DNA of 64,000 nt from a virus. Numbering within the stretch: position 1 is the first letter of the stretch; every line of letters starts with the position of its first letter. Where the stretch lies: the IMG/VR virus record IMGVR_UViG_3300050120_000210, positions 1-64,000 of that record; one strand, written 5' to 3'. The notes beneath the pieces were generated by a model. It had not been told where the DNA came from. It worked only from the letters and a program-made list of their open reading frames with translations, and made no database searches. The position numbers and the translations under genes are program-made. This document shows, one piece after another, positions 29,535 through 39,225 of the stretch.

Positions 29535-29951
29535 ATGACTGTAGCCATTGAAGCCGCGCCGGTATGGACGCGCGACAGCCATATGTCGGTCTCCCAACTC
29601 GCCAACGAAGGCGCCTACAAGACCAAGCTGCCTTACCCGGATCGGGTTCATGAACCCGCCGTGCTCCGCAAGCGCGCCAAGGAACTGACGCCGGATGAAC
29701 TGGCGAGCATTCCCACGGTGCTGGCCGAGTTCGAGGCGGCCAAAATCGCCGAGCGGGCCGCACGCATGGCCTACAGCGACGACAACGGCCGCCTGCTGGA
29801 TCAGATGCGGGTCGATCTCGAAGCCGAGCACGGTATGACGGGTCACCCCAAGGCCGCCATGCTGTGGGCCAAGGCGTGCGAAGATGGGCATTCCGCCGGT
29901 ATCGGCGAGGTGTGCTCCGTCTATGAAAACCTCGTCGATCTGGCGAAGTGA
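29535..29951 (+). CDS. Hypothetical early protein
   Basis: GGAGG RBS, downstream of promoter 29474. Confidence 0.65.
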   Translation: MTVAIEAAPVWTRDSHMSVSQLANEGAYKTKLPYPDRVHEPAVLRKRAKELTPDELASIPTVLAEFEAAKIAERAARMAYSDDNGRLLDQMRVDLEAEHGMTGHPKAAMLWAKACEDGHSAGIGEVCSVYENLVDLAK

Positions 29952-30382
29952 TGGGAAGTCTATCTCGTAAGATCGCCCGGCGAAATCTGCCGAAACAACG
30001 TCGGAGCAGTGACACCGTCCATTGGCCGGTGGAGCATCGGCGGGAGAAACTTGTGGCGTATCTCCCGCCGACTGCGTCCATGTCGGACACCATCTCTAAG
30101 TATGCCCACAGGGACGGAGAGACGCCGCTGGACGCCTATGCGCGAGGCGTGGGCTACGCCGGTCCCAAAATGCCGGACAAGGGCCAGAAGGACGGCTCCT
30201 GCAACGTCACGGCCTGTCAGCTTCCACTCGTGGATATGCCGCAGTGGACGATGACCGACCATGGCATGGGCGGCGGCACCGATGGCAAGCTCTACTATTG
30301 CGGGTCCTGTGCCATGAAGTTCCACGACGCGGATCGAGAGTTCGGAGAGCCGCTGCGATGCACGTTGGAGGTGCCCGCCTGA
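29948..30382 (+). CDS. Hypothetical protein with Cys motifs
   Basis: GSCNVTACQ...YYCGSCA. Confidence 0.6.
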   Translation: MMGSLSRKIARRNLPKQRRSSDTVHWPVEHRREKLVAYLPPTASMSDTISKYAHRDGETPLDAYARGVGYAGPKMPDKGQKDGSCNVTACQLPLVDMPQWTMTDHGMGGGTDGKLYYCGSCAMKFHDADREFGEPLRCTLEVPA

Positions 30383-30450
30383 CAGCCGCCGTTCAGGATC
30401 ACTAGGTTAGCATCCATACTTTCAACGGAGAAGCCCGCAAGGCGCCACGC

Positions 30451-30738
30451 ATGGCTAAGTCAAAAGTTGTTAAGTTTGAGACACTCGGCCGCCCCATTGG
30501 CTCTGAAGCTAAACGCTTCGAGTTCATCAATTACGCCAACGAGCATAAGAGCGCCGTGGCGTCGCTCTTCGGTCGAAGCTGCGGGCGGGTCGATTTCATT
30601 TTCCCCGTGCTGGTCGGCCGGATGACCGCCGACGATGCCGAGCGACTTGCGGAAATGCTGCTGTTGTCCGCCAAGGAAGCCCGAGAGGGCAAGCTTGCCA
30701 AGGATGATGCCGCTACTGCCCCATACGTGGGAGCCTAA
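30451..30738 (+). CDS. Hypothetical protein
   Basis: ORF followed by a terminator. Confidence 0.55.
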   Translation: MAKSKVVKFETLGRPIGSEAKRFEFINYANEHKSAVASLFGRSCGRVDFIFPVLVGRMTADDAERLAEMLLLSAKEAREGKLAKDDAATAPYVGA

Positions 30739-30744
30739 AAAGGT

Positions 30745-30782
30745 GAAAGCCCCCGGTGGCGAGACCGAGGGCTTTCGTTTTT
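30745..30782 (+). terminator. Terminator between convergent units
   Basis: GAAAGCCC...GGGCTTTC stem followed by a T-tract. Confidence 0.7.
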
Positions 30783-30824
30783 CCGGGGGAGGGAGTTTGA
30801 GCGGCGGCTCCCCGGTAAGTTGGC

Positions 30825-31604
30825 TTATTCTCCGTAGAGACTAAGGATTTCTTCGATCACGGGGTGACGTTCCACGTCACCAGCTTGAAAGTTGATAACC
30901 TCCATCGACTGGCTACCGCGCATTTTGAGACGCTCGGTAAAGTCCTTGAGGCCGTTGGAGACGAAACCACGGTCGTGTTGGGCCAAGTCGCCCGTGACGA
31001 ACATGCGGCAATTGTCACCGATGCGGGTGAGAACCATCTTCATTTGATTCTCGTTGGTGTTCTGCATTTCGTCGGCGAGGACGATGCAATTCTTCATGGT
31101 CCGGCCGCGCATATAAGCGAGCGGGGCGATCTCGATGATCTCTTCTTCCATCATCTTCACGATCTGGACGGGGGAGTAGTGTTCCTTGAACACATCCATG
31201 ATCGGAATGACCCACGGCGCCATCTTGTCGATCAGCGTGCCCGGCAGGAAGCCGTGCTGCTCATCCACGGACACTGCCGGACGGGTCAGGATGATTTTGG
31301 TCACCAAACCTTCTTGCAGCGCCTTGATGGCGTATTGGGTGGCCAGAAGAGTCTTGCCGCAGCCTGCCGGACCCATCGCGAAAACGATGTGCTTCGACTG
31401 GTCGTGCAGAGCATCGACGTAATCTTCTTGAGCCAGATTGCGGGGGATTAGTTCCACGCGCTTGCGACGAGTTTTTGATGCCTCATCGAAATCGACAATA
31501 TTATCGCGCCCACGGCGATTGGAACGAAAATCGGGAGAGTTGCGCTCTTCCCGAGGATTGGGCTTGTTGGAACGCTTAGCGTTCCGGGCGAGGTGTCTTG
31601 CCAC
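30825..31604 (-). CDS. phoH: PhoH-family ATPase
   Basis: GPAGCGKT, GFLPG, LAYMRGRT, ADEMQN, TGDLAQ, RHP. Confidence 0.95.
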   Translation of the reverse strand: MARHLARNAKRSNKPNPREERNSPDFRSNRRGRDNIVDFDEASKTRRKRVELIPRNLAQEDYVDALHDQSKHIVFAMGPAGCGKTLLATQYAIKALQEGLVTKIILTRPAVSVDEQHGFLPGTLIDKMAPWVIPIMDVFKEHYSPVQIVKMMEEEIIEIAPLAYMRGRTMKNCIVLADEMQNTNENQMKMVLTRIGDNCRMFVTGDLAQHDRGFVSNGLKDFTERLKMRGSQSMEVINFQAGDVERHPVIEEILSLYGE

Positions 31605-32002
31605 TTCAGCCTCCGTTGGTGGTTGAATTTAACCGCTCAAAGGTATTTAGGGGTGGCCCTCTCCCAATGTGGTGGGTCTTTTTAAGTGCGGTGTTTGAGC
31701 TATACAGAACAGCGCCACGAGACATCAGTAAGCAATCTCCTTTTACTGTCCTAATCGTAGCTTCCGCGAGATTTGTAGTAAATAAATGCTTCGCAATCCC
31801 AGCGAATACCTGTGGAAAAATCTTCACAGATCAAAGAAAATTGATATGGCAAGCTGCTGGGTCGTGTCGCTGATCGCGATCACGAAAATGTAAGTTCATC
31901 GGTGATGAAAAACAGGCTTAGCTCATCTGGCGAAGGCGGCGGCGACCCCCGCCCCCCTCGGTGAGACGCAAGTCTCCCAAAACTGCTCGCCGCCTTCGCG
32001 CC

Positions 32003-32554
32003 TTACAATCCCCAGTGGGTGTTGCAGCGAGCCTCATAGAGATCGCCCGCTCCCACTTCGATCTGTTCGCCGTTCGGGGATTTCTTGTGGGTCTTCGGCG
32101 CGGGTTGAGCGCACACGGTGCAGTTGGCCTGAAGCTTCTTCACTTCGTCGGCCATAGCGATCAGTCGAGCGGTGACGTTGAACGGTTCACCCTGCCAATC
32201 CATGTCTAGTCCGCTGACCACCACATCGGTGCCGGTCGCGAGCAACTGACGAACTTGTTCGACCACATCACCATGGAAATGTGGTTCTTGGAAAAACTGA
32301 ACCTCGTCGATGCAGACCATATCGGCGTCGGCCGCCAGAAGATCGATTTGATCCCAACTGGTGATCGCTTTGGCTTCAGTCGCCAATTTGTCGTGCGAGA
32401 CGATCTTGGTCGCAGAATAGCGATCATCCAGAGCCGGTTTAACGACCAGCACGGCTTTGCTCCACAGATTGCGAGCAACGATGATGCGCTTAAGGATTTC
32501 GGTGGTCTTGCCCGCATACATGGGGCCGCAGATGACCGTCAGGTGGCCATACAT
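32003..32554 (-). CDS. tdk: Thymidine kinase
   Basis: GPMYAGKT, IDEVQF, SGLDMD, C-terminal Cys zinc site, YEARC. Confidence 0.93.
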   Translation of the reverse strand: MYGHLTVICGPMYAGKTTEILKRIIVARNLWSKAVLVVKPALDDRYSATKIVSHDKLATEAKAITSWDQIDLLAADADMVCIDEVQFFQEPHFHGDVVEQVRQLLATGTDVVVSGLDMDWQGEPFNVTARLIAMADEVKKLQANCTVCAQPAPKTHKKSPNGEQIEVGAGDLYEARCNTHWGL

Positions 32555-32558
32555 GGGG

Positions 32559-32732
32559 TTAGGCATCCAATAGCTGGCAAAGTGCAGCACGAAGCTTCAC
32601 GGCCTCTGGGCTGCCTTCAGGAGCCCTCGTAAGGGCGTCACGAAGTGCCTGTCCGGCTTCGCGCAACACGACAGCCGTCCGGCGCTCGCGTTCGAGTTCG
32701 AGCAGTTGTTCGTCTATGCTCTTACGCCGCAT
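32559..32732 (-). CDS. Small helical protein (57 aa, below the ORF-track cutoff)
   Basis: MRRKSIDEQLLELERERR...LCQLLDA fills the gap between the HAD gene and tdk. Confidence 0.5.
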   Translation of the reverse strand: MRRKSIDEQLLELERERRTAVVLREAGQALRDALTRAPEGSPEAVKLRAALCQLLDA

Positions 32733-33330
32733 CACGTTCGCTCCGAACGATGGCGTCGAACACGTTGTGCCAGCTTTTCACCCGACGAAGATCGGCGGGA
32801 AAATCAGGCAGATTGATCGTGGTCAGATCGTTGTAGGGACGTTCGAGCAGGAACGCCTTGTGGCCAAGCGCCGCCCCTGCGAATGCATGACCCGCGTTGT
32901 CTTCGACCCACCATGTGGGTTGGAACTTGCTCAGATAGTCCACCTTGGGCTTCAGGAGCCCCGTGCAGTGGACATCGAGCCACGGGATGCCAAAGGCTTC
33001 CTCTAGGTTCTTACGGCGACAGGCGGTCACTTCCGGGCCATCCACGCATGACGAGATCGCCACGAACTGGTGACCCATCTTGTGCAGGACCGGGATCACA
33101 GCGAGAGCGTCTTCTTCGGGCGGAATGGTTCCGAAGAACTCGGGGTTGGTCGAAAACTCGATCACGAGTTCATCGACATGATCGCGATGGCAACCAATCG
33201 CATCCTGAATAGAGCCACCGTCACGAATGGATTGCGTGAGAGTGTAACCCTTCTCTTCGACAGCCCACTTCTGGAACGCATCAGCGAACTTCAGAATGGT
33301 GTCGTCAATGTCGGTCAGAATGATTGCCAC
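32722..33330 (-). CDS. HAD-family 5'(3')-nucleotidase-like protein
   Basis: ILTDIDDTIL motif I, WVEDN motif IV. Confidence 0.8.
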   Translation of the reverse strand: MAIILTDIDDTILKFADAFQKWAVEEKGYTLTQSIRDGGSIQDAIGCHRDHVDELVIEFSTNPEFFGTIPPEEDALAVIPVLHKMGHQFVAISSCVDGPEVTACRRKNLEEAFGIPWLDVHCTGLLKPKVDYLSKFQPTWWVEDNAGHAFAGAALGHKAFLLERPYNDLTTINLPDFPADLRRVKSWHNVFDAIVRSERDAA

Positions 33331-33389
33331 GAATATCTTCCACGTTTGAAAATGGGTAGAAAGGGCGGCCCGAATAGACCGCCCTCACA

Positions 33390-33833
33390 TCACGCTGCGC
33401 TGTAGACGCCGTCCGAGATGTTCTTATCGACGACCTTCTGCGCGAGGCGCGACAGCCAGATGTCCATGGCTTCGGCGACTTGAGGCCGGTATTTTTCCAT
33501 GTAGTGCTGGACGACTTCTTGGTCAGAGGCGCCCGCGAAACCGTTCTTCACGCAGACACCCTTCATCACGTCGATGATGACGTTGGCGTTGATCTGATGC
33601 GTGGTGTTCACGCGATCCACGACACCAGCCTTTTCGAAGCTGGCCATGTTGCCAGTGACATCGGCCCAGCCCTTGACGGCGGTGTTGACGCCCTTCGCCG
33701 GGCGGCGGGTCATCTCGATGACGAGGAACGGACGGTTCCGCAGATACCGTTCAGTGCGAGGGATTTGGACCGCGTCGGCGGGTGCATTCGGATCGGCGGC
33801 AACTTTAGATTTCGTGGTCAAAATAATCTCCAA
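33390..33833 (-). CDS. Hypothetical protein
   Basis: 147-aa ORF in the replication cluster; start uncertain. Confidence 0.55.
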   Translation of the reverse strand: MEIILTTKSKVAADPNAPADAVQIPRTERYLRNRPFLVIEMTRRPAKGVNTAVKGWADVTGNMASFEKAGVVDRVNTTHQINANVIIDVMKGVCVKNGFAGASDQEVVQHYMEKYRPQVAEAMDIWLSRLAQKVVDKNISDGVYSAA

Positions 33834-34025
33834 AAATAATCAAGCAGTCAGATTAGGGAAGCCATACGGCCTAGTGAGCCGATCTTCTTTCTCTCTGGCG
33901 AACCTCTTACAAATAGCAGTGATCTCGTCTTTGGCGGTAATTCTTTCGACTCTATAGTCCGTGTATCGAACCGTCACTGAGCCGTCGTCATGGTGGTCAA
34001 TATAGTGCACCGGGACTGGACGCAT

Positions 34026-34973
34026 TTACTTGCCCTGTGCAACGTGCGTGAGTTCCACGAGGCAGGCGGCGAGGTTTATCTCGGCGTCGGCGACATGGGC
34101 ATGGTTCACCAAGGCCCGGCGAATCACGAGCAGGGCCTCGTCTTGTTGGTCTTCACCTGCACCCCAGAGATCGAGGTTGCGATAGAAGTAGCGGAAGATG
34201 TCGGGATATTCTTCCAACTGAGCCTGCGAGACGATCAGTTTCCGAGCCTCGGTGAAACGTCGGGCCTTGAACAGCGCCGCCATCTCCAAGAGATAGTCCT
34301 TGCCATCGGTTTGCTCTTCAGCCGAAGGCGGGGCCGCCAGCTTGCCAGCTTGAGTGTGTTGCTGAAGCAGACCGATGCACTTGCGAAGATCGGGATAGGT
34401 GATCGACACATAGCCGAGCAAATCTTCGATCTCGAAGCTCACGTTCTCTCGTGTCAGGATTTCCCCAGCACGCGCCGTATATTCGTCCCGGTCGAGAGCC
34501 GAGAACTTCATTTCCTGCACGCGCGAATGGATCGCCGGAGCGATGCGGTTCGGGTGGTTGCAAGTCAGGATGAAGCGGCAGCTTGCCTCGAATTTCTCCA
34601 TCTCACCACGCAGGAAGCGTTGCGAAAGGGGGCTGAGACTGTCGGCTTCGTCGAGAAGGACGTATTTGAAACCTGTGTCGTTCAGCGCATAGGTCGAGGC
34701 GAAATTGACGATCTGGGCTTGGACTTCGTCGATCTTCCGCGCCCGGCTCGCATTGATTTCGAGAATGTCACCCTTCGGGATGCCCAGCATTCGAAGCAGG
34801 AGTTTGGCGAGCGAAGTTTTGCCGGTGCCGGGCTTCCCAGACAGCAAGATGTGCGGAAGGGCGCCATCGGCAACCCACTCCGCAACCTTCTTACGTTGGG
34901 TGTCGTCCTGCCAGACGTATTCGTCCGGGCTGATCGGCCGATAGACTTCGACCCACAACTTCACGCTCATCAA
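34026..34973 (-). CDS. gp44: Clamp loader AAA+ subunit, gp44/RFC-like
   Basis: LWVEVYRP, GKPGTGKT, INAS, LDEAD, FILTCN, PDLR. Confidence 0.92.
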   Translation of the reverse strand: MMSVKLWVEVYRPISPDEYVWQDDTQRKKVAEWVADGALPHILLSGKPGTGKTSLAKLLLRMLGIPKGDILEINASRARKIDEVQAQIVNFASTYALNDTGFKYVLLDEADSLSPLSQRFLRGEMEKFEASCRFILTCNHPNRIAPAIHSRVQEMKFSALDRDEYTARAGEILTRENVSFEIEDLLGYVSITYPDLRKCIGLLQQHTQAGKLAAPPSAEEQTDGKDYLLEMAALFKARRFTEARKLIVSQAQLEEYPDIFRYFYRNLDLWGAGEDQQDEALLVIRRALVNHAHVADAEINLAACLVELTHVAQGK

Positions 34974-35014
34974 AATCTCGCAATCGAATATGGTTTACCA
35001 AATATGGTTAAGGC

Positions 35015-35413
35015 TTACCACCGCTTGGGCGCGACGCTAATTTCTTTTTTCGCATCGGGTGCGATTTCCGAGTCCGGCTTCTCGTCACTCACGACCAGAG
35101 CCGCCTCGGGATAGTCGATCCGCCAGACATCGACTTCGCCGTCTGCGAGTTCGATGGTGATGCGATTGGTCCACCGGCCGTGTTCGACCAGCACCCATTC
35201 ACCGACGCTGATGTCCTCGACATCGGCTCCGACAGCCCAAACCTTCGCCCAGCGGGCACGAATGCCACGGTTGGTCATGTTGTCGTCGAGAACAATGAGA
35301 CCACCCTTGGTGACTCGGTCGCCACGGTCGATTTCAGTGACGAAGACCTTGCCCTTATAGGGCTTGAAGGCACTAGCCTTGATACGAGTAGCAGACGTAG
35401 AGTAATTGGACAT
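35015..35413 (-). CDS. groES: Co-chaperonin GroES-like
   Basis: TKGGLIVLD mobile loop, VWAVGADVEDISVGEWVL. Confidence 0.8.
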   Translation of the reverse strand: MSNYSTSATRIKASAFKPYKGKVFVTEIDRGDRVTKGGLIVLDDNMTNRGIRARWAKVWAVGADVEDISVGEWVLVEHGRWTNRITIELADGEVDVWRIDYPEAALVVSDEKPDSEIAPDAKKEISVAPKRW

Positions 35414-35473
35414 GAAATACCTTCAGAAACAATATACTCAAAATACTGTCTGAGGCTGTCAGAAGTCAAAATG

Positions 35474-35500
35474 AAAAAGGCTGACCCGAAGGCCAGCCTT
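35474..35500 (-). terminator. Terminator after the holin-like gene
   Basis: AAGGCTG...CAGCCTT stem with a T-tract on the minus strand. Confidence 0.7.
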
Positions 35501-35525
35501 AAACTTGTTTCTCTCGTGAGAAATC

Positions 35526-35888
35526 TTACTTCTTGGGGAACATCGCGGCTGCGGCGGCGGCGGCAGCTTCTTGAGCCGTCTCCACTTTCGCGGCCTTCTT
35601 CGTGGCGGCATCAGCTTCAGCGGCGATGACAGCAGTCTTGACATCGTCTTCGCCAGCTTTGGCGGCGCCGAAGTCCTTCATAGCTTCCATCAACGCTTCT
35701 GCGGCGTTGTGATCCTTCGTGAAGACCATGATCGCGCCTGCGAGGGCGCCACCGACCGAAACGATCAGCGCGGCTTGATTGGGGTCGAGAGACATGCCCG
35801 TAGAGGCGAGCAAGGTGACGGCACCCACCCAAGTGGAACGCTCAGCGAGACGGGCGAGAACCCAATCTAGAATAACAGAGAAGTCCAT
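35526..35888 (-). CDS. Holin-like membrane protein
   Basis: RLAERSTWVG followed by two short hydrophobic helices; late unit. Confidence 0.55.
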   Translation of the reverse strand: MDFSVILDWVLARLAERSTWVGAVTLLASTGMSLDPNQAALIVSVGGALAGAIMVFTKDHNAAEALMEAMKDFGAAKAGEDDVKTAVIAAEADAATKKAAKVETAQEAAAAAAAAMFPKK

Positions 35889-35900
35889 TGTGTGTTGTCC

Positions 35901-36260
35901 TTAGTTGTCCCGATCCTCGATTTTTCTTTTCCGGGGCGGGGTCGGGGCCGCTTCGGACTGTTTGGCCTCCGGGGCAGCGTCAAGCTTCGGGAGATGCTTC
36001 GCCGCTGCTTCCGCAGGGCTAACAAACACTTCACTCGAAATGTCTCGTAGGGCGACTTGCTTCACAGCCTTGGGGTTCGAAGCATAGTATTCCTGTGCAA
36101 CTTGCTCGCGACGCTTAACGATTTCGCCACGGGCGCCAAGAATGTCTCCGCGCGCGTTCATCGAAGCGTTTCCAAGCGCAATTGCTTTTTCATTCTTCGA
36201 GATCAACTGGCTCATGTCGAGCGTGTGACCGCGCATTGTTCTAACCTTCATGTAATTCAC
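35901..36260 (-). CDS. Hypothetical late protein
   Basis: ALGNASMNARGDILG motif; TAAATA upstream. Confidence 0.65.
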   Translation of the reverse strand: MNYMKVRTMRGHTLDMSQLISKNEKAIALGNASMNARGDILGARGEIVKRREQVAQEYYASNPKAVKQVALRDISSEVFVSPAEAAAKHLPKLDAAPEAKQSEAAPTPPRKRKIEDRDN

Positions 36261-36342
36261 TCCAATGACATGTGTATGCTGTTATTTATCTTGGCTCCCG
36301 GCATTTCGTTGACGAGATCGGAAAAATTGGCTAGAGGGCGTC

Positions 36343-36627
36343 ATGGTTGCGAGTCTCGAAGACAATCGGCGGAAGACCCTGTCGGCGCTCGCCCGGACCT
36401 TGGGAAGACGCCCGTTTTCTGTCATCATTCCGATACTGCCCACCGTCGAGCTTCGTTACGCGAAGGAGCAAGAATGCGAACAGTTCATTGCTGATTCGTG
36501 CAAGCACGGGCTCTGGGCGTTCACGCTGTGGGATTCCGATGAGGATCGGATCAACCAGACCATCAGGATCACTTACTATTTCGAAGATGAACGCGACGCG
36601 ATCCACTTCAAGATGCGGTTTTCATGA
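36343..36627 (+). CDS. Small-protein paralog family member
   Basis: Ends YYFEDERDAIHFKMRFS; promoter 36309. Confidence 0.65.
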   Translation: MVASLEDNRRKTLSALARTLGRRPFSVIIPILPTVELRYAKEQECEQFIADSCKHGLWAFTLWDSDEDRINQTIRITYYFEDERDAIHFKMRFS

Positions 36628-36851
36628 GTTGGCTAGTGAAACGCGAGGGGCAGCGAGTTCGCCCCGTAGATTTCAACAACGTGCCGCACACGCTCGTCGA
36701 AATCAGCCACGGCCGCAGTATGGATGCCGAAAACCAGTGGCTAGCTGAAAACACCACTAAAATGTGGGCGAGGACGCGCTTCGAGCATCATGTGATCTAC
36801 ATGTTCGAGAACGACACAGAGGCCCTGCATTTCAAGATGCGGTTCGGTTAA
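36624..36851 (+). CDS. Small-protein paralog family member
   Basis: Ends IYMFENDTEALHFKMRFG. Confidence 0.65.
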   Translation: MSWLVKREGQRVRPVDFNNVPHTLVEISHGRSMDAENQWLAENTTKMWARTRFEHHVIYMFENDTEALHFKMRFG

Positions 36852-37174
36852 GGGAACGCCATCTTCAGCATGTAGAGAGCGTGTTCATCAATGATGCAGT
36901 GATGGGAAACGCAAAGAGAGAAGAAATCTTGGTCGCGCTTGTCGTTTACCCAATAAGGCAGCCTGACGCCCATACGTCGAACTTGAAAGAACAATTCCCC
37001 GTCAAATACGTCTTTGCCAACCCCAAATCGGTCGGGGATTACACTTGTGCGTCGTCCTCGGTGAGGTTTTGTCCACGCGACAGCGAGGGCCAATTTCGCA
37101 TTACGCGATTTGGATTCGTAAATCTCTGACAGTTCGCCGATGAGGAACTGTCCGTCGTTGAATACGTCAATCAT
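36848..37174 (-). CDS. Hypothetical protein
   Basis: ATGA-coupled to the DnaE fragment. Confidence 0.5.
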   Translation of the reverse strand: MIDVFNDGQFLIGELSEIYESKSRNAKLALAVAWTKPHRGRRTSVIPDRFGVGKDVFDGELFFQVRRMGVRLPYWVNDKRDQDFFSLCVSHHCIIDEHALYMLKMAFP

Positions 37175-37698
37175 TTCAGGAAATCGTGCACGTCCAAGCC
37201 GTAACGGATTGGATCGATTTTATGGACGCCGATCAGGAAAAGCACGTAGCTCGCGACGCTTGATCCCCGACCAACTCCCCAGACGATCTTGTTCGCTCGG
37301 AAATGATCCACGAGGAACATCATCAGTTGGAGAAGCGGCACAAGGCCGCGTTCCTCGAACAAGTTCATCTCGACATTCACTCGATCACGGCAAACGTCGT
37401 CCTTGCACATTTCTTCCAAGAGGAAACGGCGAACGTCGATGCGTTGAATGTCATCCGAGATGAACCACGTCGCGGCCCGATGCGCGTGTTCTTCTTCGGG
37501 AGTGCGTTCCATAGGACCGGGCGACTGGACAAGATATTCCGTCTTGTCGAACTCGCTGCACCACCGATTATACTCGTCAACCAGCGGGCCGCCTTCGATG
37601 AGCAGTGTCGAAATGTCGATGCCTTTCAGCACCAAATCGGAGACAATGTCCGGCTGCACGACGGTGCGGCCCCAAGCGTCAACGGTCCTAGCGATCAT
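37171..37698 (-). CDS. dnaE: DNA polymerase III alpha (DnaE) split-subunit fragment
   Basis: RVNVEMNLF...IVWGVGRGSSVASYVLFLIGVHKIDPIRYGL; only 175 aa. Confidence 0.8.
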   Translation of the reverse strand: MIARTVDAWGRTVVQPDIVSDLVLKGIDISTLLIEGGPLVDEYNRWCSEFDKTEYLVQSPGPMERTPEEEHAHRAATWFISDDIQRIDVRRFLLEEMCKDDVCRDRVNVEMNLFEERGLVPLLQLMMFLVDHFRANKIVWGVGRGSSVASYVLFLIGVHKIDPIRYGLDVHDFLK

Positions 37699-37713
37699 GG
37701 GTGGTTTCCGAGA

Positions 37714-38427
37714 TTAGTCGTCTTCACCCTTACTCTTACCACCATCAATGACCGTTGGCCTAAATTCTGGTCGAACAATTTTGCCGCTGGTCTCAGTCGT
37801 CTTCTTTGGCTTGTCCAAGAAGTCGAAATTGAACGCCCATGCAGGTTTCACCGTCAGGTCCGCGTCCTCCGGCGGCAGCACGTCGAGCGTGGAGCCGTCA
37901 TCGCGATCCCACCACGGCTTGTCGAAATAGGTCCGTTCACCAACCCAGTCGGCGATCCTCGGTAGAACGGCGCTGGAATCACCCACGAAGGTGAACTGAA
38001 GTCCAAGCGAATTGTCGGACTTCACCTTCACGGGGCCGAAAGCCATGGCGGCGCCAGCGAGCGCCTGAAGTTTTGCTTGGAAAATGGCAGCCAAGTGCTG
38101 GTCGTCCGGCTCTTCCGGCGTCACCACGAGGACATTACCCACACGGGTGTGACCCACTTCTTCGTCGATGAACATCTGAATGGCAGCGGAGTTCTCATGA
38201 GAGAACACGATGCTCTTGCTGATGACGTTGTCCAACCACCAGCGCATCTTGTTGAAGGCTCGCTCGATGTGGTTTTCTTCGGCGGTGTCCATCGGAATGA
38301 ACTCCATCTCGAACTTGAGCGTGCTTGGCACGAGGATGTTTTCGATTACTCGAACAATTTTGATCTCAAAGACAAAGTGGGTGTAGATTTCGGGGGAGAA
38401 ATCGTCGTCATCATCGTCTTCCATCAC
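37714..38427 (-). CDS. Hypothetical protein
   Basis: 237 aa; PEEPDD, PWWDRDD. Confidence 0.65.
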   Translation of the reverse strand: MMEDDDDDDFSPEIYTHFVFEIKIVRVIENILVPSTLKFEMEFIPMDTAEENHIERAFNKMRWWLDNVISKSIVFSHENSAAIQMFIDEEVGHTRVGNVLVVTPEEPDDQHLAAIFQAKLQALAGAAMAFGPVKVKSDNSLGLQFTFVGDSSAVLPRIADWVGERTYFDKPWWDRDDGSTLDVLPPEDADLTVKPAWAFNFDFLDKPKKTTETSGKIVRPEFRPTVIDGGKSKGEDD

Positions 38428-38852
38428 TTGTCCTTATCGTCTTCATCCGGCCTGTCGTGCTGCGGGAAGTGCGGTTGCTGTTGTGGGGGAGTTGAGGTTT
38501 TGGTGAGCGTAAGGCGCTCGCGGCCGATCTTCCGACGATTGACCATGCGCTCGTCTTTTTCGTCATCGACTTTCTTGCGACGATGTTCCTGTGCGAGATC
38601 GGGTTCGGTTTCGATGATCTCGGGGAACATCTTCTGGCGCTCTTGGAACATCATTTTCAGCACACGATCTCGGCGTTCGGCTTCGATAGCTCCGATCATC
38701 GCGTAGAGTTGGCCCGACATATCGCCAGACATGCTGAAACGAGCGGCCCAACCAAGGCGCCTCGAAAGCTCTCCTTGGCGGTTGAGCAACTCATCGTCGC
38801 TCATCGCAGACGGGTTGAAACCGGGAATATCGAACATGCTTGTGTATACCAA
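38424..38852 (-). CDS. Hypothetical protein
   Basis: Coupled ORF under TAAATA 38892. Confidence 0.6.
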   Translation of the reverse strand: MVYTSMFDIPGFNPSAMSDDELLNRQGELSRRLGWAARFSMSGDMSGQLYAMIGAIEAERRDRVLKMMFQERQKMFPEIIETEPDLAQEHRRKKVDDEKDERMVNRRKIGRERLTLTKTSTPPQQQPHFPQHDRPDEDDKDK

Positions 38853-38908
38853 CTTCAGACCGAGGAACCAATATTCCTACGAGCGTCTAAGTATTTATGT
38901 GAGGCGTT

Positions 38909-39166
38909 TTAGGACTTTGGGCGTTTCGGTAGAGGTTTCACGAAAGCTGGATTGGTCACGCGGTAGTGAGTTCCACAGCAAGAGCAGTAGAAATCGAAGT
39001 ATCGAAAAATCATTCCAGTCATGTGAATGTCAGACACATTGCCGCATTCGCAGCTAAACCGCATTGGCCCCAAGGCCATATTGGTCTGTTGTGTTGGAAC
39101 TGCTTTTGGCTTGCGGCCGGGAAAGTCGATGATCTCCATAACGCATACGCTTAGTGGTTTACCCAC
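38909..39166 (-). CDS. Small zinc-ribbon protein
   Basis: CECG and CSCCG; start uncertain. Confidence 0.55.
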   Translation of the reverse strand: MGKPLSVCVMEIIDFPGRKPKAVPTQQTNMALGPMRFSCECGNVSDIHMTGMIFRYFDFYCSCCGTHYRVTNPAFVKPLPKRPKS

Positions 39167-39225
39167 ATCTCACTATTGTGAAAATATTTAGATCGCGACG
39201 GAGAGGAGATAAGTGCCACGAGAGA

